The notes under the pieces were generated by a model. The model was not told the DNA's origin. It saw only the letters and a program-made list of their open reading frames with translations, and did no database searches. A stretch of DNA of 64,000 bases from Negaprion brevirostris (Eukaryota). The stretch spans positions 37,218,817-37,282,816 of the forward strand of contig JARDVH010000110.1 of NCBI GenBank assembly GCA_030324005.1, read 5' to 3'. This document shows, in pieces, positions 63,062 through 64,000 of the stretch. The stretch's first letter is position 1. Each line of letters opens with the position of its first letter. Made by a program: the position numbers and the translations under genes.

Positions 63062-63780
63062 TGTTATTATAATGATATCATACTCTGTGCTTATTCACTG
63101 CATAAGGCACTAGGTACTAGTTACTCATAATGGATTGGGTAAAACTATTGTGGGTTCAATTGCTAAGTCCAGGCACATGGGAACAGCTCTACATAGACAT
63201 AAATCTTGATGACCTCAGAGCTGTGAATGTTCTCCGTTCAAAAGAAAAAGTAAAATCTAGATCACATGACAAATTTCCCTTCTATTGATATCATGTGGGT
63301 ATCAATTAAAGGCATAGCACAACAACCCCCTTTCATTTTTAAGATACTTGTCCACTTCATTCCCCTACCGGAAAAGTGTAATTATTCATATTCTAACTGA
63401 TAAATCTATGAGTCTCTAAAGCACAAAAGTAAACATGGAAACATAAAAAATATGTGCAGGTCACTGCACATTAAGTCACTTCAACTGGTAGCCACATACC
63501 TTCTATGGATGTAAACATGTTGTCCCAACTGTAGACCCGGTAATTCTATACCCACGTTTTTATTGTGCAAATTTTTAATCTTCTCTTGTAGCTTTATAAG
63601 TTGTTCTTCAGCTTCTGAGAGAGTAGAATGGGTAAGAGTAGGTAAATTTTTATGCACTGGTCTGCCAGACATGAGTTTTTATGGTATTGGAATAGTTGCA
63701 GTTAAAGGTGTCACTCTCAGATGTAATATTGCAATGTGTAGATTTGGTTGGTCTGTCTACAAGATGCCCACCATCCTAAC
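63062..63780 (-). mobile_element. Ty3/Gypsy 3' remnant: integrase C-terminus, PPT and 3' LTR (63062-63324)
   Basis: HIAILHLRVTPL...LMSGRPVHKNLP...LPGLQLGQHVYI; PPT gaaaggggg at 63326-63334; LTR TGTT...AACA. Confidence 0.8.
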
Positions 63781-63784
63781 TTAG

Positions 63785-63950
63785 AAATATATTCTCGTTT
63801 CTTCACTGTCATTGGATCAAAACCATGGAACTCTTTCCCTATCAGTGCTGTGGATGTACCTACACCACACTGATTACAGCAGTTCAAGAAGGCAGCTCAC
63901 CACCATCTTCTCTAGGGCAATTATGGATGGGTAATAAATACTAGTCTATT
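63785..63950 (+). mobile_element. CR1/L2-group LINE 3' end (family of 54250)
   Basis: ttcactgtcattggatcaaaaccatggaactc...cagttcaagaaggcagctcaccaccatcttctc...gggtaataaatac. Confidence 0.8.
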
Positions 63951-64000
63951 TAAATACCTGTATTTTATTGCTGAAGGAATAGAATATGAAAGTAGTTAAG

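Overview
Repeat-dense, gapped eukaryotic DNA from a cartilaginous fish (shark-type). The assignment rests on about 19 copies of the elasmobranch HE1/V-SINE, SacSINE1-like DeuSINE remnants and CR1 (HER1-like) LINE 3' ends. I cannot recognise any host protein-coding exon, rRNA, true tRNA or CRISPR. The supplied ORFs are TE fragments, SINE read-throughs or artefacts that span N-gaps, so the window is intronic or intergenic. It contains decayed CR1, L2 and Rex1/Babar LINEs, several Ty3/Gypsy remnants, solo LTRs with 5-bp TSDs, PIF/Harbinger-like MITEs with 3-bp TSDs, a relic Harbinger Myb/SANT gene, and Penelope-like palindromic elements. The most notable observations are: (1) a ~245-bp hairpin insertion with an ~11-bp TSD whose two arms each carry a decayed minimal hammerhead-ribozyme core; (2) a V-SINE subfamily whose 3' stem-loop matches the Rex1 LINE 3' end rather than CR1; (3) a three-level SINE>MITE>SINE nest; (4) a TRIM-like mini LTR element split by a Rex1 insertion. 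Family names come from recalled consensus motifs and no database search was run. Boundaries are approximate unless a TSD or TIR is quoted. No wholly new biological system is demonstrated.
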